Shown in pieces: positions 7,786 to 17,903 of a stretch of DNA of 64,000 nt (position 1 is its first letter; every line of letters begins with the position of its first letter). A program made the translations under genes and the position numbers. The DNA comes from Opitutaceae bacterium (GTDB lineage Bacteria > Verrucomicrobiota > Verrucomicrobiia > Opitutales > Coraliomargaritaceae). The stretch lies in contig JBPOFY010000009.1 of NCBI GenBank assembly GCA_051252375.1, positions 1 through 64,000 of the forward strand, in the 5' to 3' direction. The notes below the pieces were generated by a model. It saw nothing but the letters and a program-made list of their open reading frames with translations, made no database searches and was not told the origin of the DNA.

Positions 7786-7927
7786 GCAGGCATTCAGACT
7801 TCTCATTGTCGTTTCGCGTCATTTAGCGATTTTTGTAGTCAAAAAAAGAATCCATCACGAGTGAGGCAAAGCACTAGACCAGCTTAGCGCTTTCGTCCTA
7901 GCCTAGAAGCTGCATTCGGTTTAATTG

Positions 7928-8815
7928 TTACTGATCGCTCGTAATGTCGTTTAGCCAAGTTTTTGGGGACTGACCAAATTGCTTCTTAAATGCTCTGGAG
8001 AAGTAATAGACATTCGAATAGCCGAGTGTGTTCGCTGTTTCGGTAACACTTAAGCCTTCTCTTAATAAAAGGTCTCGCGAGCGATTGAGCTTAATCATGT
8101 TCTCAAACTCGCGAGGGGAGTAGCCGGTTTGCTTTTTGAAGGCGAAGCGGAAGCGAGAGTAACTCACTCCGAGTTTTTTGGCCAGTGCTTCCAGATTGGT
8201 TTGTGTGTTCAGGTTGGCCAGCATTTCAGCTTTGGCTAGAACGACGATTTCACTGTCTTTACTCAGGGAGCTGTCCTTTGTAGATGCGCCTGATTTAAGA
8301 AAAGCTAAGGCGAGGGGGATGTGGCTAGCGAGGATCTGTTCTTTGGCGGCTACTGGTTGTCGGAGCCAGTGTAAGATCTGGTCGAAATGTTGAATCATCG
8401 CATCGCTTTGACCGACTTTGCAGACCGCCTGGTCTGGGCTGAAAAAGGCCTGCATGATACGCTCAGCCTCCTGTCCTCGAAAACCAACCCAATACTCAGA
8501 CCAACCTGTTTTGGGATTCGGTCGGTAGCGGTGCCACTCGTTTGGAAATAGTAGTAGGGCATCGCCGGCAACGACAGTGGTTTTCGGCTGCGAGTGGGAT
8601 TCAAAAGTGCCCGAACCACGAGCGATAAAGACGATTTGATATTCATCAAGCGTGCGGCGACCGTCTCTGTCAAAAAGGTAATCTAGCGGGTGCCCCTTGT
8701 CGGGATAGCTAGCATTAGGTGTGACGATTTGACGACCGGCATGCACCAGTCTCCAGCCCCAAGCGCGTGCTTGCTGGTCTGTGGGTAAATACTGGCTGAA
8801 GTTTTCGGAATTCAT
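7928..8815 (-). CDS. AraC-family transcriptional regulator
   Basis: Cupin N-terminal domain (LLFPNEWHRYRP); double HTH with YYFSRAFKKQFGQSP; divergent from rhaA; likely start MNSENF. Confidence 0.9.
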   Translation of the reverse strand: MNSENFSQYLPTDQQARAWGWRLVHAGRQIVTPNASYPDKGHPLDYLFDRDGRRTLDEYQIVFIARGSGTFESHSQPKTTVVAGDALLLFPNEWHRYRPNPKTGWSEYWVGFRGQEAERIMQAFFSPDQAVCKVGQSDAMIQHFDQILHWLRQPVAAKEQILASHIPLALAFLKSGASTKDSSLSKDSEIVVLAKAEMLANLNTQTNLEALAKKLGVSYSRFRFAFKKQTGYSPREFENMIKLNRSRDLLLREGLSVTETANTLGYSNVYYFSRAFKKQFGQSPKTWLNDITSDQ

Positions 8816-8844
8816 CGGTGGCGTCTGGTAGCCTTTATTGAATG

Positions 8845-8906
8845 TCAAAAAATGTAAACATTATATCATCAAGTGTATTCTAATTTGTGTGATATTGGGC
8901 TAAGAT
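8845..8906 (+). promoter_or_regulatory. Predicted AraC-activated rhaA promoter
   Basis: Direct repeats tcaaaaaatgta (8845) and tcatcaagtgta (8866) with a 21-bp period, abutting -35 ttctaa (8878); 17-bp spacer; -10 taagat (8901). Confidence 0.5.
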
Positions 8907-8934
8907 GCATTCCATAAATTCACCCCAAAAAATT

Positions 8935-10176
8935 ATGTTTGAGCAAACTAAAGAACTCTATGCGTCCATTGGCGTTAATGTTGAACAAGCCCTCGATACG
9001 ATGGCCAAAACTCCGATTTCACTGCACTGCTGGCAGGGCGATGATGTGGTCGGTTTTGAAACCGGTGCGGGCGCGCTGGGTAGCGGTCTTGCCGTAACGG
9101 GGAACTATCCCGGAAAGGCTCGGACGATTCCGGAATTGCGTCAGGACTTGGAGCAAGTGCTCTCACTACTTCCTGGCACTCACCGACTCAACCTGCATGC
9201 GATTTATGGCGATTTCGACGGTGAAAAAGTTGACCGTGATGCGATTGAACTGAAGCACTTTCAAAGCTGGATAGACTGGGCGAAGGCGCAGGGCATTGGT
9301 ATGGACTTCAATCCGTCTAACTTCTCGCATCCATTGGCGGATGACGGGCTGACTCTGAGTAGTCCAGATCAAGGGAAGCGCGATTTCTGGATCGAACACT
9401 GTAAGCGCAGTCGTAAGATCGCGGCAGCAATGGGGGAGCAACTTGGCAGTGCCGCTGTAACCAATGTCTGGATACCCGATGGTATGAAGGACTTGCCCGT
9501 CGATCGCCAAAGTTACCGTCAACGTCTTGCTGATAGCCTGGACGAAGTATTCTCGGAGAAGCTCGACACTGCGCATAATATTGACGCCGTCGAATGCAAG
9601 TTGTTCGGTATCGGTTCCGAAAGCATGGTAGTGGGTTCGCACGAGTTCTATATGGGCTATGCGATGAAGAATCAGACGGCGCTTTGCCTCGACGCAGGTC
9701 ACTTTCATCCGACCGAAGGTATCGCCGATAAGATTTCGTCGGTGCTCATGTATGTGCCCGAGTTACTGCTTCACGTTTCTCGTGGCGTCCGTTGGGATAG
9801 CGACCACGTCGTTCTGTTCGACGATCAGACACAGCAAATTATGCAAGAGCTTGTTCGTTGCGATGCGCTACCACGCACGCACATTGGCCTCGATTTCTTT
9901 GATGCTTCGATCAATCGCATCGCAGCTTGGGCTATCGGCACACGTGCCGCGCAGAAGTCTCTATTGCTCGCACTCCTCGAGCCACGTGACTCGTTACGTG
10001 CGGCTGAGCTAGAGGGTGACTATACCACTCGTTTGGCAGTGCTCGAACAAGCCAAGGCGCTTCCATGGTCCGTTGTTTGGGAAGAGTTTTGTAAGCGTAA
10101 CAATGTGCCGGGTGAATTAGAACTTCTCGGTGCCGTCAAAAGTTACGAAGCCTCCGTGCTCGTCGGACGAAACTAA
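8935..10176 (+). CDS. rhaA: L-rhamnose isomerase
   Basis: [55 protein letters not shown]. Confidence 0.97.
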   Translation: MFEQTKELYASIGVNVEQALDTMAKTPISLHCWQGDDVVGFETGAGALGSGLAVTGNYPGKARTIPELRQDLEQVLSLLPGTHRLNLHAIYGDFDGEKVDRDAIELKHFQSWIDWAKAQGIGMDFNPSNFSHPLADDGLTLSSPDQGKRDFWIEHCKRSRKIAAAMGEQLGSAAVTNVWIPDGMKDLPVDRQSYRQRLADSLDEVFSEKLDTAHNIDAVECKLFGIGSESMVVGSHEFYMGYAMKNQTALCLDAGHFHPTEGIADKISSVLMYVPELLLHVSRGVRWDSDHVVLFDDQTQQIMQELVRCDALPRTHIGLDFFDASINRIAAWAIGTRAAQKSLLLALLEPRDSLRAAELEGDYTTRLAVLEQAKALPWSVVWEEFCKRNNVPGELELLGAVKSYEASVLVGRN

Positions 10177-10193
10177 TTTACTTACTAAACTTC

Positions 10194-10224
10194 AAAAGGC
10201 CCCGAAATAGTCGGGACCTTTTTT
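10194..10224 (+). terminator. Terminator after rhaA
   Basis: aaaaggccccga aatag tcgggacctttttt. Confidence 0.7.
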
Positions 10225-10399
10225 GTTCGGTTTGAAAGCCTATTTGTGTCGAAAGTATTTTGCTCAGACGAGCATTTTTAGAAATGCGACCTACAGGGTA
10301 GAAATTCTCTGGTTATGATACCGGAATGTGTCACTGTGATAGTGCTTATCAGAATTACCCCTTTATTTAAATAGGCCGACCTTAAGAACCATTACACCA

Positions 10400-11794
10400 A
10401 TGACAGATGTTACCCAACCAGCTGAATCAAAGCCTCAAAGTGGCGAATACGAACGTGAGCCAGTAGCGGAAAACGCCCGCTTAGGGGCGAATAAATTCTG
10501 GGGCATGTATGCGGGAGAGCATGCGGCCGGAACCGAGTTTATGATTGGACCTTTGTTCCTGCTCAATGGTGTGAGCCTGCAGAATATATTTTTGGGTCTG
10601 CTGGTCGGCAATTTGTTCGCTGTGTTGAGCTGGCGCTTTCTATGTGCGCCGATTGCTGTCAGTGCACGCTACACTTTATATTATCATTTGGAGAAGATCG
10701 CCGGCGGCAATCTGGTGAAGCTTTACAATCTGGCTAATGGTGTCCTGTTCTGCTTTTTGGCGGGGGCGATGATTACTGTTTCAGCCACTGCGGTCGGCAT
10801 CCCTTTCGATATGCCCATGCCCGGTATTGAAGACTGGTATCCGAACAGTGCTAGCTTTGTTGCGATCGTTCTTTGCGTTGGTGTGGTCATTGCTTTTGTG
10901 GCAGCCCTTGGTTATCAGACGGTTTCGAAGTTCGCCAATATTGCTTCACCATGGATGGTGCTGGTCTTCGTCGCGTGTGGTGTGGTCGCACTCAAACAGT
11001 TGGATATTTCTAGCTGGAGCAGTCTGAATCAGATTTGGAGTGAATCGATACTAGTCGCGCAAGGAGGCGAGGGTGGTGGACGCATGGGCTTCTGGAGTGT
11101 GGCTTTCTTTGCCTGGTTCTGTAATGCAGCCATGCATGTTGGCATGGCGGATCTCTCGGTCTTGCGATTTGCAAAAAAGGCGAGCTACGGTTGGGCCAGT
11201 GCGGCAGGTATGTATGTGGGGCACTACATGGCATGGATTGCGGCCGCCTTGATGTTGGCGGCGCAGATCAAATTGACACAGGATACAAACCCTGTGCCCG
11301 GTCCGATGGCGAACCATGTGGTAGGGCTCGCCGGAATCATTTGCGTGATCGTGGCAGGTTGGACCACGGCGAATCCTACTATCTACCGCGCGGGCCTTGC
11401 GTTTCAGGCGATCGTGCCGCGCTTTTCGCGCGCAAAGGTGACTTTCTTTGCAGGGATGGTGGCGACCGTTGCCGGCGTCTTTCCGGCTTTCGCATGGAAG
11501 TTGCTCACTTTTGTGGGGCTTTACGGAACCATTCTCGCGCCCATGGGTGGGATTCTTTTCTTCGACTGGTATTGTAAGCGCAAAGCGGACCCCGAGGCAT
11601 TTCACCGCTTCAGCCCGACCAGTTCTTTTAACCTCCCTGTGTTGTTTGCATGGCTCATCCCGGTCGGTATCGCAGTCTATTGTATTCAGTTCTTAGGTGT
11701 TTCAGCTTGGTATTGTCCGCTGCCGTGTTGGTTGGCTTGTGGCTTACTCTATTTGCTACTAAGTCGCCGCTCCGATTCCACTGTCACCGCATAA
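10400..11794 (+). CDS. NCS1/purine-cytosine permease-like transporter
   Basis: ~12 hydrophobic segments; YAGEHAAGTEFMIGP and AGWTTANPTIYRAGLA. Confidence 0.75.
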   Translation: MTDVTQPAESKPQSGEYEREPVAENARLGANKFWGMYAGEHAAGTEFMIGPLFLLNGVSLQNIFLGLLVGNLFAVLSWRFLCAPIAVSARYTLYYHLEKIAGGNLVKLYNLANGVLFCFLAGAMITVSATAVGIPFDMPMPGIEDWYPNSASFVAIVLCVGVVIAFVAALGYQTVSKFANIASPWMVLVFVACGVVALKQLDISSWSSLNQIWSESILVAQGGEGGGRMGFWSVAFFAWFCNAAMHVGMADLSVLRFAKKASYGWASAAGMYVGHYMAWIAAALMLAAQIKLTQDTNPVPGPMANHVVGLAGIICVIVAGWTTANPTIYRAGLAFQAIVPRFSRAKVTFFAGMVATVAGVFPAFAWKLLTFVGLYGTILAPMGGILFFDWYCKRKADPEAFHRFSPTSSFNLPVLFAWLIPVGIAVYCIQFLGVSAWYCPLPCWLACGLLYLLLSRRSDSTVTA

Positions 11795-11806
11795 CCTCAT
11801 TGTCTT

Positions 11807-11989
11807 ATGAAAATTGTATTAACAATTATCGCTCGTCTCTCGCTCGTGCTCACAGTGCTTCCTGCGTTTCTTTACCTCTTTGGCTTCATGTCCCTCGAAG
11901 CTGTCAAATGGATCATGGCGGTGGCCGCAGTTACATGGTTTGTCTCGGCACCTCTGCTGCAGCGTGAACACAATAAGGCAGGTGCGTGA
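11807..11989 (+). CDS. Small 2-TM membrane protein, co-transcribed with the permease
   Basis: 60 aa, two hydrophobic helices, 12 bp after the permease stop. Confidence 0.65.
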   Translation: MKIVLTIIARLSLVLTVLPAFLYLFGFMSLEAVKWIMAVAAVTWFVSAPLLQREHNKAGA

Positions 11990-12235
11990 AAGTGGGGTCG
12001 GTTTTTAGCTATCAGAGGACAGTAGAAGGGCAGAAGGGGAAGTGCGTGAACCCGGAGTTGAAGGATTTGCCCAATAATTGAGCTGAAGCGCGGCAATCCA
12101 ACTGAACATGGTCTGAGAGTTGGTTTCATGATCGCTTTTTGGTCCATAAACATGTATAGCTGTATAGTTTAGGTGACACTGCTTGTTTATCTCTAGTAAC
12201 GAAGTCTCCCTATCTTTTCCCCTAATTATTCTATT

Positions 12236-15200
12236 GTGAATTACCTCAAAATCACCCTGTCGCTTTTGGCGCTTTCTTTGTCCCAGCACGCCTACGGTGC
12301 TACTATCCTTTATTACGACAGTAATAGTGATGTTGGCTCAACCGTTGCATTGGAACGCATTGACACCGAAACTGACGGCGCATTTGTTGCCAGTTCCGAT
12401 GCGACGACTTCGGTCGGATCGGGTGTCGCTGCGATTGGCGCCCATGGGAGCCAGACTCATACCGTAACATTGGGGACGGGGAACGACTTGATGTTTCGTT
12501 TCGGAACGGGCGCGTATTCTGACGATTTGCCCACAGCTTTGGCCGACGGTAAGTGGTTAGGGGCGAGCTTCGTGGCTGCTCAGGATCTTAATTTGGATGA
12601 ACTCACATTTCTCCTCTACAACAACTCTGGCAGCGCTTCGAGCTATGCCGCTCGTGACGTGGGTCTTTATGTGCGCATTGGCACGGTCGGAGGATTTACG
12701 CAGTTCGGTGACATCGATGATTCTGCCACAGGTAACGGAATTCAGGGCACGATCACCTTTGCCGATAAGTTTACCGTACTCAGTGGTCAAACAGTGCAGC
12801 TTCGTCTCGCTTTCACAGATAGAACCCGAACCAATGCGGACGCTCAAGCGGCAACACGCATCGGTAGTATCGATATTTCCGCCACTGCGGGTGGTGATGC
12901 CACCAAGGTCACCACTTCGCCTACTGCGCCAACGACTAATATACTGATATCTGATGGAACTGGCACGATCGACACTGGGCTCTTCGACGAGGCTGTGAAT
13001 GCCAACCACGCACGTGGACAAGCTTTCTCACTGCCCGCTGGAAGTGAGACAGGTTACGAGATTACCGCCATTACGATCAAGAAGAGCAACACTCAGGCGT
13101 ATTCTAATGACGCGATCGTATTGCGAATCTTTGAAGGGACGACAGCCCAGTGGAACCCGGGCACTGGTCACTCAACAGGAACTGACGGGGGCGATTACTA
13201 CGTAGATACGTCTGTCACCCCGCTACATACTGAAGTTTTCACACTTAATGGCACCTTTACTGACGATGACTATGTGACTTTCACGCTGTCACAGCCGATC
13301 ATCGTCAATGAGGACTCTGATTTTGGTTTCTTCATGACCTATCATCAGGTCGGAGGCAGTCAGGGTGATTTCCGTCACCTGGAGAATAATAACGGCGGTC
13401 GCCTGTCGATCACGACGACATCTCACGGCACCGCGGCTCGGGGGCTGCATTACTTCGTCCAAGGATTGGGCACCAACCTCGTGCTTGCTTCGCCCTTTCA
13501 AGATCGCATGGTTCTCCAGCGTGGCAAACCGGTTAAGGTGTGGGGTGAAGCCTTACCATCTACCGCAGTTTCTGCCACCTTCGACGGCACCACTGTCAAC
13601 GGCACTTCCGATGTGAACGGTGATTGGGAACTTGAGTTGCCGACCCATGCAGCTGGTGGTCCCTATAGTCTTGAGGTGACTAGCGGTGTTGAAACCAAAA
13701 CAGTCAGCGACGTTCTTGTCGGCGACGTTTGGTTCTGCTTTGGGCAGTCGAATATGGTCTACACACTCAACCAGATGCAGTCATGGCATGACTCCTATGA
13801 GAATGCGATTATCGCTAATGACAATATCCGTTGCCTGAAGATCGTCCAAGACGCAGCTCTCACAGAAGAGGAAACAGCCGGCATGAACTGGTTAGATAAT
13901 TCCACTGCGGGCACCTGGACTGCAGTCGGCTCAGTCTTTGCTTACGAACTTAATCTGTCCACTCAAGACGTCAGCATGCCCAATGGCGTGCCTGTTGCTA
14001 TAATCTGGGCGGCGTGGGGTAGTAGCGCTATTGAAGGCTGGATGCCACTTGAGCTCGCTGATCAGTTCCCACACTTCGATGAGATGCTTAACCTCTATCA
14101 GAGTGTGGGCGAATATGAGTCGAACACTACTATTAATTCCACGATCTCAAATAGTCCCTATTCCTACGGGTCAAATTTAGCGGCCATCACCGACTTAACT
14201 GCAAATGGCTGGAGCGGCACGCCTCTCGATGTCTTCATTCGCACCCGACCGAACATCATTTACAACAAGATGGTGCACCCGATGCGAAAATATGGGATAT
14301 CAGGCTTCATCTGGTATCAGGGCGAAGCGAATGCGGGTGCCCCGAATTACGCTCAGTATCGTTTTACTTTGCCAAAATTCGTTACAGAATACCGCGAACG
14401 TTTTGATCAGGGAGATCTGCCGTTCCTCGGTGTGCAGTTACCTTCTTACGGAAGTGGAACTTACTGGCCATGGTTTCGTGAATCCCAAGACCAAATTCAC
14501 ACGTTGAACAATGGTCATGTCGCAGTATCGATTGATACAGGGGATGCTGCTGGCAATATCCACCCCACAAATACGAGCAAGGAAGAGATCGGCACACGTC
14601 TCTCTCTGCTGGCACGAAAATACGCGCTCGGTGAATCGATTGTTGCAGATAGCCCACGCTACCAGTCCATGTCCATCGCCGGCGATGAGGTCACAATAAC
14701 TTTTGATAGTGCTGTAGGTTTGACCACGGACGACGCACTTGATCCCGCCGAGTTCGAATTGGCTGGTGTCAACGAAGTGTTCTATCCAGCTACCAGCTCT
14801 TCGATAAGTGGTAGCGATGTCATCATCAGCGCAAGTGCTAATGTGCCTAACCCAGTGGCGGTTCGCTACGCATGGAGCCCGGCTCCTTTAAATGAGGTGA
14901 ATCTCGTGAACGGCGCAGGACTTCCAGCGGCGCCATTCCGGACCGACAGCTTTGCTCCAGATGGAATTCCAGCTGAGGCACCAGTTGGCGTTCAGGACAG
15001 TTTTTCGACTGCTAGGGATGTCGTTTTGAACGTGCCAGCCAGTGGAGTTCTTGATAACGATATCGACCTAAACTACGATTCTTTGAGTGCATCGCTGATT
15101 GCCGACGTATCCAATGGATCACTGACACTTTACAGCAATGGTTCATTTGATTACACACCCACCGAAGGCTTTGCGGGCACAGATAGTTTTACCTATCAAG

Positions 15201-15718
15201 CTACTGATGGCGGCTTGAATACTGCTACCACGACCGTGACGATCACTGTGACTGGAGATCCCTCCGGATATTATACTTGGAGGCAAACCGTCTCCTGGGA
15301 TCCCAGTGATGATGAGACTTCGACCGGAGATGCTGATGCCGATGGCATTTTAAATATCCACGAGTTTGCTTTCGGCATGAATCCAAAACTCAGCGATGCT
15401 TCGAACTTGATTGTGACTGGTGGCAGCTTCACTCCAGGCACACCTACAATAGACCTTTCTTTTGACCCTTTTGAAGTTAAGGCACGTTTCATACGCCTAG
15501 CGAACCACGCAACTATAGGCATTAACTATACTGTGCAGTTTAGTCATAATTTGAGCGCCTGGGAAGCGGTCGATGATATTGACGGAGCTACTGCAGTTAT
15601 CATCCCTGGGACATCCGCATCCAACGGTTACGAAGCGGTCGAAGTGGATTATCCCGTGTTTCTAAACAACGGAATGAAGGCGGCTCAATTTTTCCGCTTG
15701 GGTATTACAGTAGATTAA
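12236..15718 (+). CDS. Secreted multidomain SGNH sialate-O-acetylesterase-like (SASA) carbohydrate esterase with Big_9/cadherin-like repeat and C-terminal domain
   Basis: Signal peptide; GDVWFCFGQSNM, GFIWYQGEAN and DxxxxxxIHP motifs; GVLDNDID...GSFDYTP...DSFTY repeat. Confidence 0.85.
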   Translation: MNYLKITLSLLALSLSQHAYGATILYYDSNSDVGSTVALERIDTETDGAFVASSDATTSVGSGVAAIGAHGSQTHTVTLGTGNDLMFRFGTGAYSDDLPTALADGKWLGASFVAAQDLNLDELTFLLYNNSGSASSYAARDVGLYVRIGTVGGFTQFGDIDDSATGNGIQGTITFADKFTVLSGQTVQLRLAFTDRTRTNADAQAATRIGSIDISATAGGDATKVTTSPTAPTTNILISDGTGTIDTGLFDEAVNANHARGQAFSLPAGSETGYEITAITIKKSNTQAYSNDAIVLRIFEGTTAQWNPGTGHSTGTDGGDYYVDTSVTPLHTEVFTLNGTFTDDDYVTFTLSQPIIVNEDSDFGFFMTYHQVGGSQGDFRHLENNNGGRLSITTTSHGTAARGLHYFVQGLGTNLVLASPFQDRMVLQRGKPVKVWGEALPSTAVSATFDGTTVNGTSDVNGDWELELPTHAAGGPYSLEVTSGVETKTVSDVLVGDVWFCFGQSNMVYTLNQMQSWHDSYENAIIANDNIRCLKIVQDAALTEEETAGMNWLDNSTAGTWTAVGSVFAYELNLSTQDVSMPNGVPVAIIWAAWGSSAIEGWMPLELADQFPHFDEMLNLYQSVGEYESNTTINSTISNSPYSYGSNLAAITDLTANGWSGTPLDVFIRTRPNIIYNKMVHPMRKYGISGFIWYQGEANAGAPNYAQYRFTLPKFVTEYRERFDQGDLPFLGVQLPSYGSGTYWPWFRESQDQIHTLNNGHVAVSIDTGDAAGNIHPTNTSKEEIGTRLSLLARKYALGESIVADSPRYQSMSIAGDEVTITFDSAVGLTTDDALDPAEFELAGVNEVFYPATSSSISGSDVIISASANVPNPVAVRYAWSPAPLNEVNLVNGAGLPAAPFRTDSFAPDGIPAEAPVGVQDSFSTARDVVLNVPASGVLDNDIDLNYDSLSASLIADVSNGSLTLYSNGSFDYTPTEGFAGTDSFTYQATDGGLNTATTTVTITVTGDPSGYYTWRQTVSWDPSDDETSTGDADADGILNIHEFAFGMNPKLSDASNLIVTGGSFTPGTPTIDLSFDPFEVKARFIRLANHATIGINYTVQFSHNLSAWEAVDDIDGATAVIIPGTSASNGYEAVEVDYPVFLNNGMKAAQFFRLGITVD

Positions 15719-15730
15719 TTTGATCCCGCG

Positions 15731-15768
15731 AGTCTCCTCGATTTAGATTCTATAGAATCGAGGAGACT
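15731..15768. terminator. Hairpin between convergent genes
   Basis: agtctcctcgatt...aatcgaggagact. Confidence 0.6.
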
Positions 15769-15801
15769 AGTGGCAAATTGCTTGTTCCTAAGTCATGCCG
15801 C

Positions 15802-16563
15802 TTAGCTTTGTAAGCCTGCTGCAATCGCTGCTTCTTGTAGCGCATTGATCTCGGTGATGCCTTTTGCTCCTAATTCGAGCAATTTATCGAGCTCTTCACG
15901 CCCGAAGGTCGCTTCTTCGCCGGAGCTTTGCACTTCGACGTATTTACCCGAACCAGTCATCACGATGTTGGCATCTACAGTGGCGTCCTTGTCTTCCGGG
16001 TAGTTGAGGTCGAGGACCGGAACATCTTGGAATACACCAACGGATACTGCCGCCACAGAATCGATGAAAGGGTTTTCAGCCAATTTGCCTGCGGCGATTA
16101 ATTTTTGAATAGCAATCTGTGCGGCAACGTAGGCTCCTGTGATGGATGCGGTGCGTGTGCCGCCATCGGCTTGGAGGACATCGCAGTCGATCCAGATAGT
16201 TTTACCAGTCAGTTTCTTGAGGTCAAAGACGGCGCGCAAAGAGCGACCGATAAGACGCTGGATTTCGATGGTGCGACCGTCGGCTTTGCCGCGACCGATG
16301 TCGCGTTGTTTACGGTCAAGGGTGCTGTAGGGGAGCATTGAATACTCTGCGGTCATCCAGCCACCTTCGACCTTTTGTGCGCGCATCCAACCTGGCACAC
16401 GTTCGTCAATCGACGCGGCGCAGATGACACGTGTGTCACCAAAGCTGACGAGGACGGATCCGAGGGCGTGGGGTGCAATGCCCGTTTCGAAACGGATAGA
16501 GCGGAGTTCGTCTATAGCGCGACCGTCTGGGCGTGCAAAAGGAGTGGTGGTTACTTCAGTCAT
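15802..16563 (-). CDS. rph: Ribonuclease PH
   Basis: AEYSMLP, EIQRLIGRSLR, DCDVLQADGGTRTASITG. Confidence 0.97.
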   Translation of the reverse strand: MTEVTTTPFARPDGRAIDELRSIRFETGIAPHALGSVLVSFGDTRVICAASIDERVPGWMRAQKVEGGWMTAEYSMLPYSTLDRKQRDIGRGKADGRTIEIQRLIGRSLRAVFDLKKLTGKTIWIDCDVLQADGGTRTASITGAYVAAQIAIQKLIAAGKLAENPFIDSVAAVSVGVFQDVPVLDLNYPEDKDATVDANIVMTGSGKYVEVQSSGEEATFGREELDKLLELGAKGITEINALQEAAIAAGLQS

Positions 16564-16576
16564 GGGAATTGGGTGC

Positions 16577-17755
16577 TTATTTCGCGGCTTCGATTTCGTG
16601 TTTTGCAGTTAGGCTGGGTAAATATTTATCACGGGCGAGACGCCAAAACACGAGGAAGAAGGCTGTGAGTGGTATGGCAAGGATCATCCCGAGCAATCCA
16701 CCTAAAGCAGTGCCCCAGAAGAAAACGGAAAAGATGAGTAGCATCGGACCCATGCCGGTTTTGTCTCCCATCACTTTTGGAGTGAAGACGTAGTCGGTGA
16801 GGATCTGTCCGATCCCGAAAACGACTGCGCACAGAGCAATCAGAGTCGTGCTGCCATCTTCTTGAAAATAGGCTAAGGGCAGAACGGTAACGATACCGAG
16901 CATCGTGCCGAGGTAGGGGATGATATTCAACAGTCCCAGTGCAAAACCGAGGATGATGCCGAATTTCAGCCCGACAAGTCCGAAGCCGATTGCAAGCACG
17001 AGTCCCAAGAGTAGACCGATAATGATTTGACCGCGGAAGAAAGAGACGAGTATTTCGCTGAATTGGCGACCGAGAAAGATGAGGTCGTCACGTCGATGAT
17101 TCGGAAGGAAGTTCAATTGTTTCTGTAGATCCTTCCAGATATCGCGATCACCGTTTAGGATGAAAAACAAATAAACAGGAATGATGGAGTAGGCAGCGAT
17201 TTTACCGAAGATGCCTCCAATAAATCCAAGCATAGAGCCGGCAGATGATTGTAAGCGGCCAAGGCCTTGTTTGATCATGTCCGAATTCTCGGCCATTAGC
17301 TCTTGTAGATAGACATCAGGTGATTGTCCTAAGCGTTCAGTCAACCAGCTCCATATACCTGGCGCTGCGCCCTTAAAGTATTCGAGGAGTTTCGAGCTAA
17401 GTTCTGGTAGCTCTTGTAGAAAGTCGCCGGCTTGCGTGAGAACTGCTGGAAGGCAAAAAGCCGCGATGGCACCGAGCGCTAAAATAACGAGAAGGTAGAG
17501 TAAGAGGATTCCGCCAACGCGATTCAGTCGAGTGCGTGTTTCGCAAAAAGTAATGAGAGGGCGCAGTAGCGTCGCTAAGATGGCCGCGATCGCAAGCGGT
17601 AGTAGGACATCGGTGAAAACGCTGACGAATTGACGTAACAATACAAATAGGAAGAAGCAGGTCGCGATTAAGAACACAGCGGCTAGGGCGGTGCCACCTG
17701 CTGCGACAATGCGTTTTTGGGCAGGCGATAGAAGTGCTTTTTCTGGTTGAGACAT
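16577..17755 (-). CDS. AI-2E (PerM/UPF0118) family transporter
   Basis: Multi-[31 protein letters not shown]. Confidence 0.9.
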   Translation of the reverse strand: MSQPEKALLSPAQKRIVAAGGTALAAVFLIATCFFLFVLLRQFVSVFTDVLLPLAIAAILATLLRPLITFCETRTRLNRVGGILLLYLLVILALGAIAAFCLPAVLTQAGDFLQELPELSSKLLEYFKGAAPGIWSWLTERLGQSPDVYLQELMAENSDMIKQGLGRLQSSAGSMLGFIGGIFGKIAAYSIIPVYLFFILNGDRDIWKDLQKQLNFLPNHRRDDLIFLGRQFSEILVSFFRGQIIIGLLLGLVLAIGFGLVGLKFGIILGFALGLLNIIPYLGTMLGIVTVLPLAYFQEDGSTTLIALCAVVFGIGQILTDYVFTPKVMGDKTGMGPMLLIFSVFFWGTALGGLLGMILAIPLTAFFLVFWRLARDKYLPSLTAKHEIEAAK

Positions 17756-17839
17756 GATGCTGTTCTATTGATGAATCGTTACGCTCCAATGCGTGAGTGA
17801 GGGAGCATATACTTTCGCTTCATCTAAGAATAGAGAAGC

Positions 17840-17869
17840 AAAAAAGCCCCGAGCGATGTCGGGGCTTTT
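17840..17869 (-). terminator. Rho-independent terminator
   Basis: aaaaaagccccga gcgatg tcggggctttt. Confidence 0.8.
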
Positions 17870-17903
17870 GAAAGTGTTCAGTTTTTAAGGACTGAAGAGC
17901 GTT

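Noticed and set aside
12000..12160. Possible transposase or gene fragment upstream of the esterase (MKPTLRP...SSIIGQILQL)
   Set aside because: Resemblance to an IS4 N-terminus is too weak to support without a search.
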